Shown here: in pieces, positions 16,418-24,574 of the stretch
Numbering within the stretch: the stretch's first letter is position 1
How the letters are laid out: every line of letters starts with the position of its first letter
Origin: a virus
IMG/VR virus record: IMGVR_UViG_3300034071_001657
Length of the DNA: 64,000 nt
Reading direction: 5' to 3' (one strand)
Translations under genes and position numbers: made by a program
The notes under the pieces: generated by a model
Seen by the model: the letters and a program-made list of their open reading frames with translations, nothing else
What the model was told of the DNA's origin: nothing
Databases searched by the model: none

Positions 16418-16742
16418 CCATATTGAAACACACTCAACATTACACCCTTGATTCGCTGCTGCTACTAGGGGCGGGTTCTAATGTGTTTCAATATGGTCCG
16501 AGACTCGAACTCGGCATGTAAGCGGCTTCGCAATCGGGTAGCGCAATTTCCCTAGCACTGACTAACACAGGTTAATTAAGCCCGCTCTCATCAGTGAAGC
16601 CTACACAGCTTCCTGCACCATATTGAAACACACTTGAGGTAACCGTGACAAGCGGGGGCTTTTTACACCTCTCTACCTGCGTGCTCACCAGACAGTCACT
16701 TCTGTTCTAAGGACGCTTTCGATTTAGTGTGCTTCAGTATGG
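16418..16742 (-). ncRNA. putative structured ncRNA module: four 17-nt inverted-repeat arms and a T-arm-bearing tRNA mimic
   Basis: CCATATTGAAACACACT at 16418-16434 and 16618-16634; complements at 16480-16496 and 16726-16742; T arm CCGAG-TTCGAGT-CTCGG at 16498-16514. Confidence 0.7.
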
Positions 16743-16816
16743 TGCCTCAGGTGGGACTCGAACCCACAAAATTTGGCTTCTAAGACCAACACGTATACCA
16801 ATTCCGTCACCGAGGC
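16740..16816 (-). tRNA. tRNA-Leu (TAG), short variable arm
   Basis: TTGGT-CT-TAG-AA-GCCAA, A73, CCA. Confidence 0.85.
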
Positions 16817-16817
16817 A

Positions 16818-16910
16818 TGGTGCCCGAGGCCGGACTCGAACCGGCACGCTCTCTTTCGAGGTGGCGGCGGATTTTAAGTCCGCTGTGTCTACCGATTTCA
16901 CCACTCGGGC
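16818..16910 (-). tRNA. tRNA-Leu (TAA)
   Basis: canonical class II tRNA. Confidence 0.92.
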
Positions 16911-16911
16911 T

Positions 16912-16988
16912 TGGCCTGACCGGAGGGATTCGAACCCCCGACCAACGGATTAGAAATCCGTTGCTCTATCCTACTGAGCTACGGTCAG
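16912..16988 (-). tRNA. tRNA-Arg (TCT)
   Basis: ACGGA-TT-TCT-AA-TCCGT, A20. Confidence 0.9.
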
Positions 16989-17004
16989 ATATAAGATTAC
17001 CGAA

Positions 17005-17017
17005 TTTTTAAAGAACA
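17005..17017 (-). promoter_or_regulatory. rrn-type boxA antitermination element
   Basis: TGTTCTTTAAAAA between promoter and first tRNA. Confidence 0.65.
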
Positions 17018-17038
17018 ATCAATCACTCAACAGAATAC

Positions 17039-17097
17039 ATTCTACAGACTTTTCTATGGAATGTCAAGAACAAATTCTACTGTTGTTTTTTTACAAC
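17039..17097 (-). promoter_or_regulatory. sigma70 promoter of tRNA operon with TGTTG-N8-CAAC palindrome
   Basis: TTGACA(17062-17067)-N17-TAGAAT; palindrome 17081-17097. Confidence 0.85.
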
Positions 17098-17175
17098 TGG
17101 AGCACAGGGTCGGATTTGAACCGACGGCTTTAGAGTTTTGCAGACTCTTGCATTGGGCCGCTCTGCCACCTGTGC
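17098..17175 (-). tRNA. tRNA-Cys (GCA)
   Basis: AGAGT-CT-GCA-AA-ACTCT, U73. Confidence 0.9.
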
Positions 17176-17925
17176 TTAGATACTATTCAACAAAAACTTA
17201 ATTTCTGCTAGGTTCTTATATATAAGGACTTTATCGGACATTGAATTAATGCTATCTAAAATTAAGGATTTATTTTCATCCCAGACATCTCTTAGAGGTG
17301 TCACCTCAACATTTACGAAGAAAAGACTTGTTTGTCCACCACTTAATGGTAATGTGGTTTGCCGCTCCACTCTAAAAAATAAATTTTCAAAGATCAAAGG
17401 TGTGTCATCATACATTTTCTTTACATCAGGATGATTGCTCAATTCTGGAACTCGATTGATGGTCCACACAAATCGTTCAAAACTTCCCATTGTTGGATCA
17501 GACATCACTGATGCAAGCTTACCACTCACTTTTCGCAACTGTTCTCCATCAGCAACAGGTTCATGAATTTCATACAATGATTTGCCAAGTGCTGAGTTCG
17601 GCACCCATGAACTAGGAAAACAAAAGCAAATCGCAGCCAAACAACCACGATGCATTATAGCAACATCTTCTTCAAATGACAATGCAAACTCGACAATATC
17701 TCCAGTCACTGCTTTGCCAGTAAATGATTCGACTCTTCGAATTAGTTGGTTTGTTACGCAATCGATTGTGAATCCATAAAGATCACTGCCAAACGACTCA
17801 AGCTGTTTTACTTTTTCGTTTAGATATTTCACTCTTGGATTTGAATTGAATACTGGGCCTGTGTTTCTACTCATTCGAGGTTGAGTATTGTAAGGCGCTC
17901 TAACGATGTGTTCTAAATTATTCAT
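17176..17925 (-). CDS. heme-dependent oxidative N-demethylase alpha-subunit-like (DUF3445-type) protein
   Basis: EEDVAIM...AICFCFPSSW, IHEPVAD, RFVWTI, FRVERQTT motifs. Confidence 0.75.
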   Translation of the reverse strand: MNNLEHIVRAPYNTQPRMSRNTGPVFNSNPRVKYLNEKVKQLESFGSDLYGFTIDCVTNQLIRRVESFTGKAVTGDIVEFALSFEEDVAIMHRGCLAAICFCFPSSWVPNSALGKSLYEIHEPVADGEQLRKVSGKLASVMSDPTMGSFERFVWTINRVPELSNHPDVKKMYDDTPLIFENLFFRVERQTTLPLSGGQTSLFFVNVEVTPLRDVWDENKSLILDSINSMSDKVLIYKNLAEIKFLLNSI

Positions 17926-17931
17926 AATGTA

Positions 17932-18026
17932 TGGTAGTAGGTAAGGGTTACGATCCCTTCCGTTTCAGCCCATCTGACCGATCTCCAGGGTTTATAAGAC
18001 CCCGCCGCACACCAGTGCTACCTACC
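17932..18026 (-). tRNA. non-canonical tRNA/tRNA-like RNA with TAT anticodon and long variable arm
   Basis: acceptor GGTAGGT/ACCTACT-ACCA; GGGGT-CT-TAT-AA-ACCCT; T stem AAGGG/CCCTT with ATCGTAA loop; reduced D arm. Confidence 0.7.
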
Positions 18027-18031
18027 AAATT

Positions 18032-18208
18032 TTATCGATTCGTTGTGTTTCTCTGTTGAAGCATACCACCAAGAACTAGTGCGGCCAACCATTCTGCTAC
18101 ACCGTAGTTGATACCTAGTGAGAAAAGCGTGTTCAATGACCAGATAATAATCAACGGCCCCAGAATAATCAGGGTAATGATGACTGCTATTAGCAAAATT
18201 TTATTCAT
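18032..18208 (-). CDS. small membrane protein
   Basis: two hydrophobic helices, GPLIIIWSLNTLF. Confidence 0.65.
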   Translation of the reverse strand: MNKILLIAVIITLIILGPLIIIWSLNTLFSLGINYGVAEWLAALVLGGMLQQRNTTNR

Positions 18209-18383
18209 ATAAATCGTCCAAATCGTCTTCAGCAAAGTTATTAGGGTCAAAATTTTTAAGTCTCTGTTTTACTTTAAGTCTATCTTTCTTGTACTCTTTA
18301 ATCTGCTTCTTTCGATTCGGGCGTTCATCTTCATCATCATAGAATTCCCGAAAGTTTTTAATTTTCTTATCTTGATTTGACAT
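18201..18383 (-). CDS. small charged protein
   Basis: ORF. Confidence 0.55.
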   Translation of the reverse strand: MSNQDKKIKNFREFYDDEDERPNRKKQIKEYKKDRLKVKQRLKNFDPNNFAEDDLDDLYE

Positions 18384-18837
18384 TTGAATTTTCTTTTTCC
18401 CCAACTAGAAGTTCAGGCATCGACTCTTCAATAAGTTTCCTAGTAATGCCTTTGTAAGTAATTTTTTTGTTTTTGATCATTAGAAATAACTGTGCCTCTT
18501 CTGGAGACACACTCTCTAACATATCAATAAACATTTTCTCTTTTTGATACTTAGTCAAATTGTTTTGTGTGCCTCGAAGAAAATATCCAACCTTTCTCAA
18601 CTCCTTAGGCATCCTATTATACCCCCAATTGTCTGGAACGTCAAGAGGTTTGTATGGAGGATCACCTTCTGGCAAATCAAACACCAAATCTTTATGATAG
18701 GTTAATTGCAAAACTTTTTTCAAATCAGGCTTTAGATTCGAGATAGCCTTTATCGCACTGCCTCTATCCTTCGCAGGAAGATCAGCGACATGCTTCAGCA
18801 TCTCTGGCAATGTCATTCTAGAAATATCAATTGGCAC
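18367..18837 (-). CDS. conserved T4-like protein downstream of rnh
   Basis: LPEGDPPYKP, EKMFIDMLESVSPEEA, YKGIT. Confidence 0.8.
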   Translation of the reverse strand: MPIDISRMTLPEMLKHVADLPAKDRGSAIKAISNLKPDLKKVLQLTYHKDLVFDLPEGDPPYKPLDVPDNWGYNRMPKELRKVGYFLRGTQNNLTKYQKEKMFIDMLESVSPEEAQLFLMIKNKKITYKGITRKLIEESMPELLVGEKENSNVKSR

Positions 18838-18838
18838 T

Positions 18839-19699
18839 TTAAAACTCCTGTATGTGTTCCATTAAATTACGCATTCTGTTCTTAATGAAAAAGTTAAAAA
18901 TCTTATCCTTACCGTTTTCTTTAACATTCTCAAACGCATCAAGAATTTTATCCTGATACTCTTGAGGAATCTTTGATAGATCAATCAGACTTTCATTTCT
19001 TTTGTAATTCCTCAACATCATAGAATCACAAAAGTCTTCTGGTTCTTGATTGATCCAAATATTTAGTTTTTTCTCTTGAACTGGACGCTGGCGTTCTTCA
19101 TTTACAAATGTAGAATCCGCAGACAGGATGTTTGGAATGCCGTCACCACGATCACCTCGAATGATATGCTCTTTCAGCATGGCGTTGGCATTTGATGTTC
19201 GCAAAAATTTCTTTGCCATTGGACTGTATTGATCAACGTTTGAGAACTTTTGCAATTGCATGAAATCTTTATCACTTGACAGGATCAAAATTCTTTCAGT
19301 TGATTCATTGTTCAGATACTTACCATAAGCGTGGCAAATAGTTCCGATGACATCATCAGCCTCGGTTTTGTCTACTTGAATCACTTTATAGGGAAAGTTT
19401 TCTTTGATTTCTTCTCGAATTTTGTTTAGAGTTTCGAAGATCAAATTCCAATCGTATGGTGATGCCGCGCGATCTTTCTTTCGGCTTGCCTTGTAGTATG
19501 GAAAAATATCTCTGCGCCAATACCCCTTGTCATCAGCGCATATGATAATCTTACCATATGTTTCATGAAACTTGACATTGTACATTCGAATACTATTCAA
19601 GACCATGTGACGAATTAGATTTTCGTCAATCTTTTTCACCAGATCAGGCTGCATCATCAAATTAGAAATCATCACCTGATTCAAGTCAATTAAAATCAT
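18839..19699 (-). CDS. rnh: T4-type RNase H (5'-3' exonuclease)
   Basis: ILIDLNQV, YWRRDIFPYYKASRK, EADDVIG, SSDKDFMQL, GDRGDGIPNI. Confidence 0.95.
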   Translation of the reverse strand: MILIDLNQVMISNLMMQPDLVKKIDENLIRHMVLNSIRMYNVKFHETYGKIIICADDKGYWRRDIFPYYKASRKKDRAASPYDWNLIFETLNKIREEIKENFPYKVIQVDKTEADDVIGTICHAYGKYLNNESTERILILSSDKDFMQLQKFSNVDQYSPMAKKFLRTSNANAMLKEHIIRGDRGDGIPNILSADSTFVNEERQRPVQEKKLNIWINQEPEDFCDSMMLRNYKRNESLIDLSKIPQEYQDKILDAFENVKENGKDKIFNFFIKNRMRNLMEHIQEF

Positions 19700-19711
19700 T
19701 TTAAATCCATG

Positions 19712-20809
19712 TTAAGCAATACGAACAATAATTGTATCAGAATTAATTCTGCCTGTCAATGCAGATTCTTTTGTTGATAGATTTGACAGAAGTTGGCGAA
19801 GCTTAACTTTGCCAGCAGCCAAAAGATCGTCTAACGTTTCTTTTGGTTTACGTAAACGTTTGCCGATAGAAATGTCTTCTTTGAAGTTTTGTATTGTGCT
19901 GCCTTTCACTGTGAGTCCTCGGGCATCTTCAGCATGATAGACACCAAGAACTTTTGTCTTTACGTTATATACCCAAATCTGATTTGCGCCGATGATTTTA
20001 TCAACTGGCACACCTTTCAGGCCAAGGGATTTTTCTTCTGAAAGAAACTTCATCTTCGAAACAAGCTGTGATGCAGGCTTCTCTTTCTTCTTCCTAATCT
20101 TACGAATAGGCTTGTTGTCAATCGAAGTTTTATTTGTGATAGAAACAATTGTGTTTAAAAATTCTTTAAGCTTTTTCAAATCAGCCTTACTGAAATTTGA
20201 ATAGCCCTCTTTAATCTGCGGATCCTTTGACTCAATCACAGAATCAATCTCGGCAGACTTTTGAATGTACCAATCACAAATTTTGTTTAGAACAACCGAA
20301 CTGAGATTTTTAGACTTAAGGTAGACCTGCATATCAGGAGTATTCTTGAATCGATTGGCAATGCAATCATCAATCACTCCTTCAATGTCACCGATTTCAT
20401 CTCGGGCCTTGTCACGAATTCGTTCTTGAATGTTTACGGGCTGAACAGTAACTGTCTGAACGACAGGTTTTTGTTTAACCTGAACGGTTTGAATTGTTTT
20501 GTATCGTTTGATGAAATAGTCTTTAGTCTTTGCTGATGGTACAAATCCTGCGGTCATCATCCTAGCAATCCAACCAAACTGAACTTCAAAGTTTGATTCG
20601 GACACTCCTCGAACAGTCGCAATTTCATCTTTGTCTCGCCCTACATTTTTCATGTAGTCGAGAACAAATTCTTTAGCGTCCTTTTTATCGCAACAATGAT
20701 TGTACCAATTGAATGCTTTGATGAGAAATTCTTTCTCGCCATTCTTCTCATGATCTTTCCATAATGGTTCAGGTCCGAGCATGGGGTCAGCACCAGTAAT
20801 TTTTTTCAT
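19712..20809 (-). CDS. conserved T4-like hypothetical protein
   Basis: IKEGYSNF, IIGANQIWVYN.K, GLTVKGSTIQNF, TGRINSDTII. Confidence 0.75.
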   Translation of the reverse strand: MKKITGADPMLGPEPLWKDHEKNGEKEFLIKAFNWYNHCCDKKDAKEFVLDYMKNVGRDKDEIATVRGVSESNFEVQFGWIARMMTAGFVPSAKTKDYFIKRYKTIQTVQVKQKPVVQTVTVQPVNIQERIRDKARDEIGDIEGVIDDCIANRFKNTPDMQVYLKSKNLSSVVLNKICDWYIQKSAEIDSVIESKDPQIKEGYSNFSKADLKKLKEFLNTIVSITNKTSIDNKPIRKIRKKKEKPASQLVSKMKFLSEEKSLGLKGVPVDKIIGANQIWVYNVKTKVLGVYHAEDARGLTVKGSTIQNFKEDISIGKRLRKPKETLDDLLAAGKVKLRQLLSNLSTKESALTGRINSDTIIVRIA

Positions 20810-20893
20810 GCTAAACAACTTCTCCAAGAATTCTTTTCAATATTCCAAATCAAAACACTTGATCCGCCAGGGCTTCTTAGTGTGACTTCAATC

Positions 20894-21193
20894 CTATTTG
20901 TCTTCCACATCGATATCAAAAAATCTTTCAGCCATTGAAAGTCTGTAAGGGTCCCCGTCAATGAGACTTTTATTTGTATATAGGTATTCATATAAATCTC
21001 TAATACCTCCAATGTGTTTCGTGTTGTAAAATACTTGAGGTACCGTATCCTCACCAGGAAGTAATCTGTTGAATTGCTTCAGTGTAAAGTCTCGGCCCAA
21101 AACATAAAAACGATATTCATACCCTAGAGTATACAATAAAAATTCTGCTTTGTCACATGCTTTACTGTCAAGTCTTCCGTAGATGAAAAACAT
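20894..21193 (-). CDS. glutaredoxin-like protein (single Cys, CDKA)
   Basis: TVPQVF...HIGG glutaredoxin motifs. Confidence 0.75.
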   Translation of the reverse strand: MFFIYGRLDSKACDKAEFLLYTLGYEYRFYVLGRDFTLKQFNRLLPGEDTVPQVFYNTKHIGGIRDLYEYLYTNKSLIDGDPYRLSMAERFFDIDVEDK

Positions 21194-21194
21194 G

Positions 21195-21743
21195 TTATCG
21201 AAACTGCGGAACAACTGGAACAGCGAGAGTGTTTCCAGGGTGATATGGTAAGATTACGGTGTTCCTGTGGCCATTAATTTCATAATGAACAATAAATCGG
21301 CGTTCGACAGATTGCACCGGAACTTGAACGTTTTCGCATACAGGATAGTTTTGATATCCGACTATTTGCGGAGCATAGCCTACCACGTGAGGCTGATGAT
21401 ATCCGTAAGGCATCGAAGTTCCATGAGCAACTGCACCACCAATCAACGCGCCGGCGACTCGGGCATCACCAGAGCCACCGATATGCGCGCCGATAAGAAC
21501 ACCAGCAAGGGTTCGAAGCCACGGTTGTTCCCTTACATGATGAGGATGATACCCATGACCATACACAGGAACATTCGAGTAAATCGGTTGACTCTGATTT
21601 CTGCAAACCGTCTGAATGTTGTGTCCAACAGTCTGAACGTGTTGAGTTTCACTTACGTGAATAACGTTCGCGTAAGTTACGTGTTGCGCAGCAGCAGAGC
21701 CAGAAGCAAGAAGTAGTGCCAAAGCTAAAGTTTTGAGTCGCAT
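21195..21743 (-). CDS. secreted glycine-zipper (YcfJ-like) protein
   Basis: signal peptide, GVLIGAHIGGSG...GALIGGAV, two Cys. Confidence 0.75.
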   Translation of the reverse strand: MRLKTLALALLLASGSAAAQHVTYANVIHVSETQHVQTVGHNIQTVCRNQSQPIYSNVPVYGHGYHPHHVREQPWLRTLAGVLIGAHIGGSGDARVAGALIGGAVAHGTSMPYGYHQPHVVGYAPQIVGYQNYPVCENVQVPVQSVERRFIVHYEINGHRNTVILPYHPGNTLAVPVVPQFR

Positions 21744-21763
21744 TTTTATCTCCAACACCCCCT

Positions 21764-21792
21764 ATTTTACTCCTAAATTGCTACCGTGTCAA
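21764..21792 (-). promoter_or_regulatory. sigma70 promoter
   Basis: TTGACA-N17-TAAAAT. Confidence 0.7.
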
Positions 21793-22127
21793 GCACCTTT
21801 TTTAACTGTTGTTTTTTTGACACTATTGGGCTTCGTCGATTTCTTTGACTTTCCCTTAGATTCAGGCTTTTTGACCTTGGCAACGGGCTGAGAAACGGGA
21901 GCCTCAACTTTCGCCGCAGGTTCTTCTGGATTTCTTTTCCATTCTTTCCAAGTAGGTTCTGGTGCCTGAGGCGCAATCGGATCCTCAATCTTGTGTAAAA
22001 CTGGTGGCTGAAGCACCGTCACAGGCTCCAACTTTACTGGCTCAGTTTTGACTGGTTCAGGCTCAGGTTTAGGATCAGGCTTTTTACCAAAGAAATAAAC
22101 AAACAAGGATTTAAGTTTTTCTTTCAT
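21789..22127 (-). CDS. Pro/Lys-rich low-complexity late protein
   Basis: preceded by TATAAATA and GGGAG SD. Confidence 0.6.
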   Translation of the reverse strand: MKEKLKSLFVYFFGKKPDPKPEPEPVKTEPVKLEPVTVLQPPVLHKIEDPIAPQAPEPTWKEWKRNPEEPAAKVEAPVSQPVAKVKKPESKGKSKKSTKPNSVKKTTVKKGA

Positions 22128-22153
22128 GATTTTCTCCCACAAAATTCTAAAAG

Positions 22154-22161
22154 TATTTATA
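22154..22161 (-). promoter_or_regulatory. T4-type late promoter
   Basis: TATAAATA. Confidence 0.7.
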
Positions 22162-22948
22162 AAGTTATAAATTTAGGGTAATACGGATCGTCCTCTTGGC
22201 TAGCTCTTTCGTAATTGACATAGCCTCTAGGATTGCATACTACGCGAGTCTCGCCAATTATATAGTCAAACTCGTTGTGTGTATGGCCATGAACCCACAA
22301 TTTAATTCTAGGATGATTTACGATGAATTCATCTAGATTTGAACTGTATGCACCATTTATATGAAAATCGTGTTCATACTGCGGCTTAACACTTAGCTTT
22401 GATGGTGCATGATGTCCAACTACAACAATTGGCTTATCGAATTGATTGTAGACTTCATCAATTTTTTCCAAAGAAGTTTTGTGATGATATAACGTGTCTA
22501 AAGCAATTAACCTTCGTCCCTTTTCAGAGTTTCGAATAACCCGATAATCATTCATCATGCCTTCACAGGTTCGCATGCTCAAAGAATTTTCTTTGTTGAA
22601 ATCGGTCCACAAAGTTTGTCCAATGAAAACATGGTCTTTGATTTCGCAATATTCTTTTTCGAAGACATGAATATTCTTATGAATTTTCAGTTCTTCTTTT
22701 AGAATAGAATATGTTGTGCTGAAATCGCCTCTGTAATGTTCATGATTGCCCATGATGTAAATTACATCACCAAACTCCAGAGAACAATGTTTAAAAAATT
22801 CATAATATGAATTTCGAGTTAAATCATCTGAGAAGCCGTGAGCAGTGCAGATATCTCCTGCCAAAAGGAGAACGTCTGCATTTTCAGTATTTTCAATGGG
22901 CAGATGACCAAACTCTAAATGAATGTCTGAACATAGAGCAATTTTCAT
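22157..22948 (-). CDS. calcineurin-like metallophosphoesterase
   Basis: SDIHLE, AGD, GNHE, HHAP, HGHTH, NPRGY. Confidence 0.92.
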   Translation of the reverse strand: MKIALCSDIHLEFGHLPIENTENADVLLLAGDICTAHGFSDDLTRNSYYEFFKHCSLEFGDVIYIMGNHEHYRGDFSTTYSILKEELKIHKNIHVFEKEYCEIKDHVFIGQTLWTDFNKENSLSMRTCEGMMNDYRVIRNSEKGRRLIALDTLYHHKTSLEKIDEVYNQFDKPIVVVGHHAPSKLSVKPQYEHDFHINGAYSSNLDEFIVNHPRIKLWVHGHTHNEFDYIIGETRVVCNPRGYVNYERASQEDDPYYPKFITL

Positions 22949-22951
22949 GAT

Positions 22952-23599
22952 TTAATCCCACAGTGCTTGATAGTATTTTCCAAAGAGCCTAAATGCGTTT
23001 TGCTTACGATCTTGAAAAGCTTTTAGGCCAGCATCATCTACTTTTACTCTAGTAAATTGTTCGCCAAGGTCTGCTCTTCTATCAACTTCAGAATGATCAA
23101 AAAATTGATCTTCGGCATTGTCATCATTGTGAATTTCAAATGCCCAAATCATTTCTTCCATCACCCAATCCCAACGCTTGAAATGATTTTCGTCGGTGTC
23201 CCACTCATTCTCTTTTGGTGGTGCATTGGTGCTACGCAGATGTTCTGGTACATCTTCATCGTCTACGAAAGGCGCGCCATGCTTAGTTTCTTGCAACTGC
23301 TTGAGCATTGGTGCAATGATGTATGCTAGAGTATGATCCATAGACCAAGTATCGTAATGATCAATTCTCACTTTGATGCGGCGCTTTCTTTTAGTTTCTA
23401 GCCAATTGCAAAACTTGGTTAGCGCAGAATCGTCTCCGCGCTTATTCATTGCGAGCCAGTCGCCAAACTTCTCATGAAGTTTGTAGTCCCACCGTTCAGC
23501 CAAAGCATCTTCTGGATATTTTTCGTGCCAAAAGAAAATCTTATCGGCAATCTGATACGGACCGATCCAACTTTTGTAACCACCAATTTTTACTTTCAT
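22952..23599 (-). CDS. conserved hypothetical phage protein
   Basis: DTWSMDHTLAYII.PML, RWDWVMEEMIWAF, LFGKYYQALWD. Confidence 0.8.
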   Translation of the reverse strand: MKVKIGGYKSWIGPYQIADKIFFWHEKYPEDALAERWDYKLHEKFGDWLAMNKRGDDSALTKFCNWLETKRKRRIKVRIDHYDTWSMDHTLAYIIAPMLKQLQETKHGAPFVDDEDVPEHLRSTNAPPKENEWDTDENHFKRWDWVMEEMIWAFEIHNDDNAEDQFFDHSEVDRRADLGEQFTRVKVDDAGLKAFQDRKQNAFRLFGKYYQALWD

Positions 23600-23986
23600 C
23601 TATAAACTCAATTCGTTTGCGTCAAAATCTGAAGAAAATGTACTGTAGTCTATAAAGACTTCATCGCCAATATTGATATCTTTGATTGCCTTGGTTATCA
23701 TTCCCTCGGCTTCAACATTTGGATTAAAACTATGATTAATAAAACTTGTCAAATCACAAGACATATAATAAAAATCTTTTTCGGCATTTTCAATCCAACC
23801 ATACTTTTCGAAATGCTCTCTTTGTACAGGGTGCAATTGATTAATTTTTTCCAGTGGGATTTTCAGATCGACACCATCAACGAACTCCCAAACTATGCTG
23901 CCTTTTGGAATAAATTCTTTTGCAAATAGTCCCATACCCATACCTGGATTTGTGGCAACTTTAACTTCTACTCTATACAAAAACAT
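23600..23986 (-). CDS. SET-domain lysine methyltransferase
   Basis: GMGLFAKEFI, FINHSFNPN, AIKDINIGDEVFIDY. Confidence 0.9.
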   Translation of the reverse strand: MFLYRVEVKVATNPGMGMGLFAKEFIPKGSIVWEFVDGVDLKIPLEKINQLHPVQREHFEKYGWIENAEKDFYYMSCDLTSFINHSFNPNVEAEGMITKAIKDINIGDEVFIDYSTFSSDFDANELSL

Positions 23987-24082
23987 TATGGCAACAACTT
24001 ATATATTAAGAAAATAGAAAACCCTATGATTATTATATATTCCATGATTGTGAAATCATAGGGAGGACACGTGAAAAAATTT

Positions 24083-24520
24083 CTAATCTTCAACTTTAGT
24101 GAAGAAAGTTTCAATTTTCTTTTCTTCTGGCCAGGTTGAGACATATCCATTATCCTCGTCACACAATTTTATTGCATCTTCTTGGGTAATGACCCTATGG
24201 CTGACGATAGTTTCCCCTAGATGTTTCTGAGAAAACTCTGCCGCTTCTTCCATTGACACGGTATCGAGTGCCCATTCTTCTTTGCCAGCAGGCACTTGAA
24301 CCACATATCGCTGCCGAAAAGTAGAAACGCATTCCACCAACACCCATTCAAGTTCTTTTTTCTTCATAGTCCAACTTCCATCTTTGTTGTCAATCCATTC
24401 GATAGTGTCGCCAACTTTCAAATTGGCACCTTCTAAAATCTCATCATTCAAAGGAAGAATGAGTTCTCCTGTTTCAGGATCAGTTTCGAGAGTAACAATC
24501 CACGATTTATCTTTCATCAT
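24083..24520 (-). CDS. AbrB/MazE-like swapped-hairpin domain protein
   Basis: GELILPLNDEILEGANLKVGDTIEWID. Confidence 0.65.
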   Translation of the reverse strand: MMKDKSWIVTLETDPETGELILPLNDEILEGANLKVGDTIEWIDNKDGSWTMKKKELEWVLVECVSTFRQRYVVQVPAGKEEWALDTVSMEEAAEFSQKHLGETIVSHRVITQEDAIKLCDEDNGYVSTWPEEKKIETFFTKVED

Positions 24521-24545
24521 ATAACTCCTTAAATAGGATGCTCAC

Positions 24546-24574
24546 ACTATATCAGACTTTTTCTGAATTGTCAA
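24546..24574 (-). promoter_or_regulatory. sigma70 promoter
   Basis: TTGACA-N17-TATAGT. Confidence 0.7.

Noticed and set aside
16525-16600. Hammerhead ribozyme suggested by CTGATGAG ... CGAAG
   Set aside because: GAAA core is GAAG and I could not build stems I and III with a UH cleavage site.
16418-16742. CRISPR array, tmRNA or YrlA-type Y RNA
   Set aside because: Arms alternate in orientation with irregular spacing; no Ala acceptor or tag ORF; arm order does not match YrlA and no Ro60 gene is in the window.
16818-16910. Host-like tRNA-Leu(TAA) as an attP site
   Set aside because: No integrase or duplicated tRNA 3' end in the window; gene content is that of a lytic T4-like phage.
14871-17011. 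ORF-track entries overlapping the tRNA array (5' extension of 14394..14993, 15258..15476, 15469..15657, 15871..16131, 16729..16953, 16817..17011)
   Set aside because: They are translations of tRNA genes; the real YkuK start is at 14870/14867.
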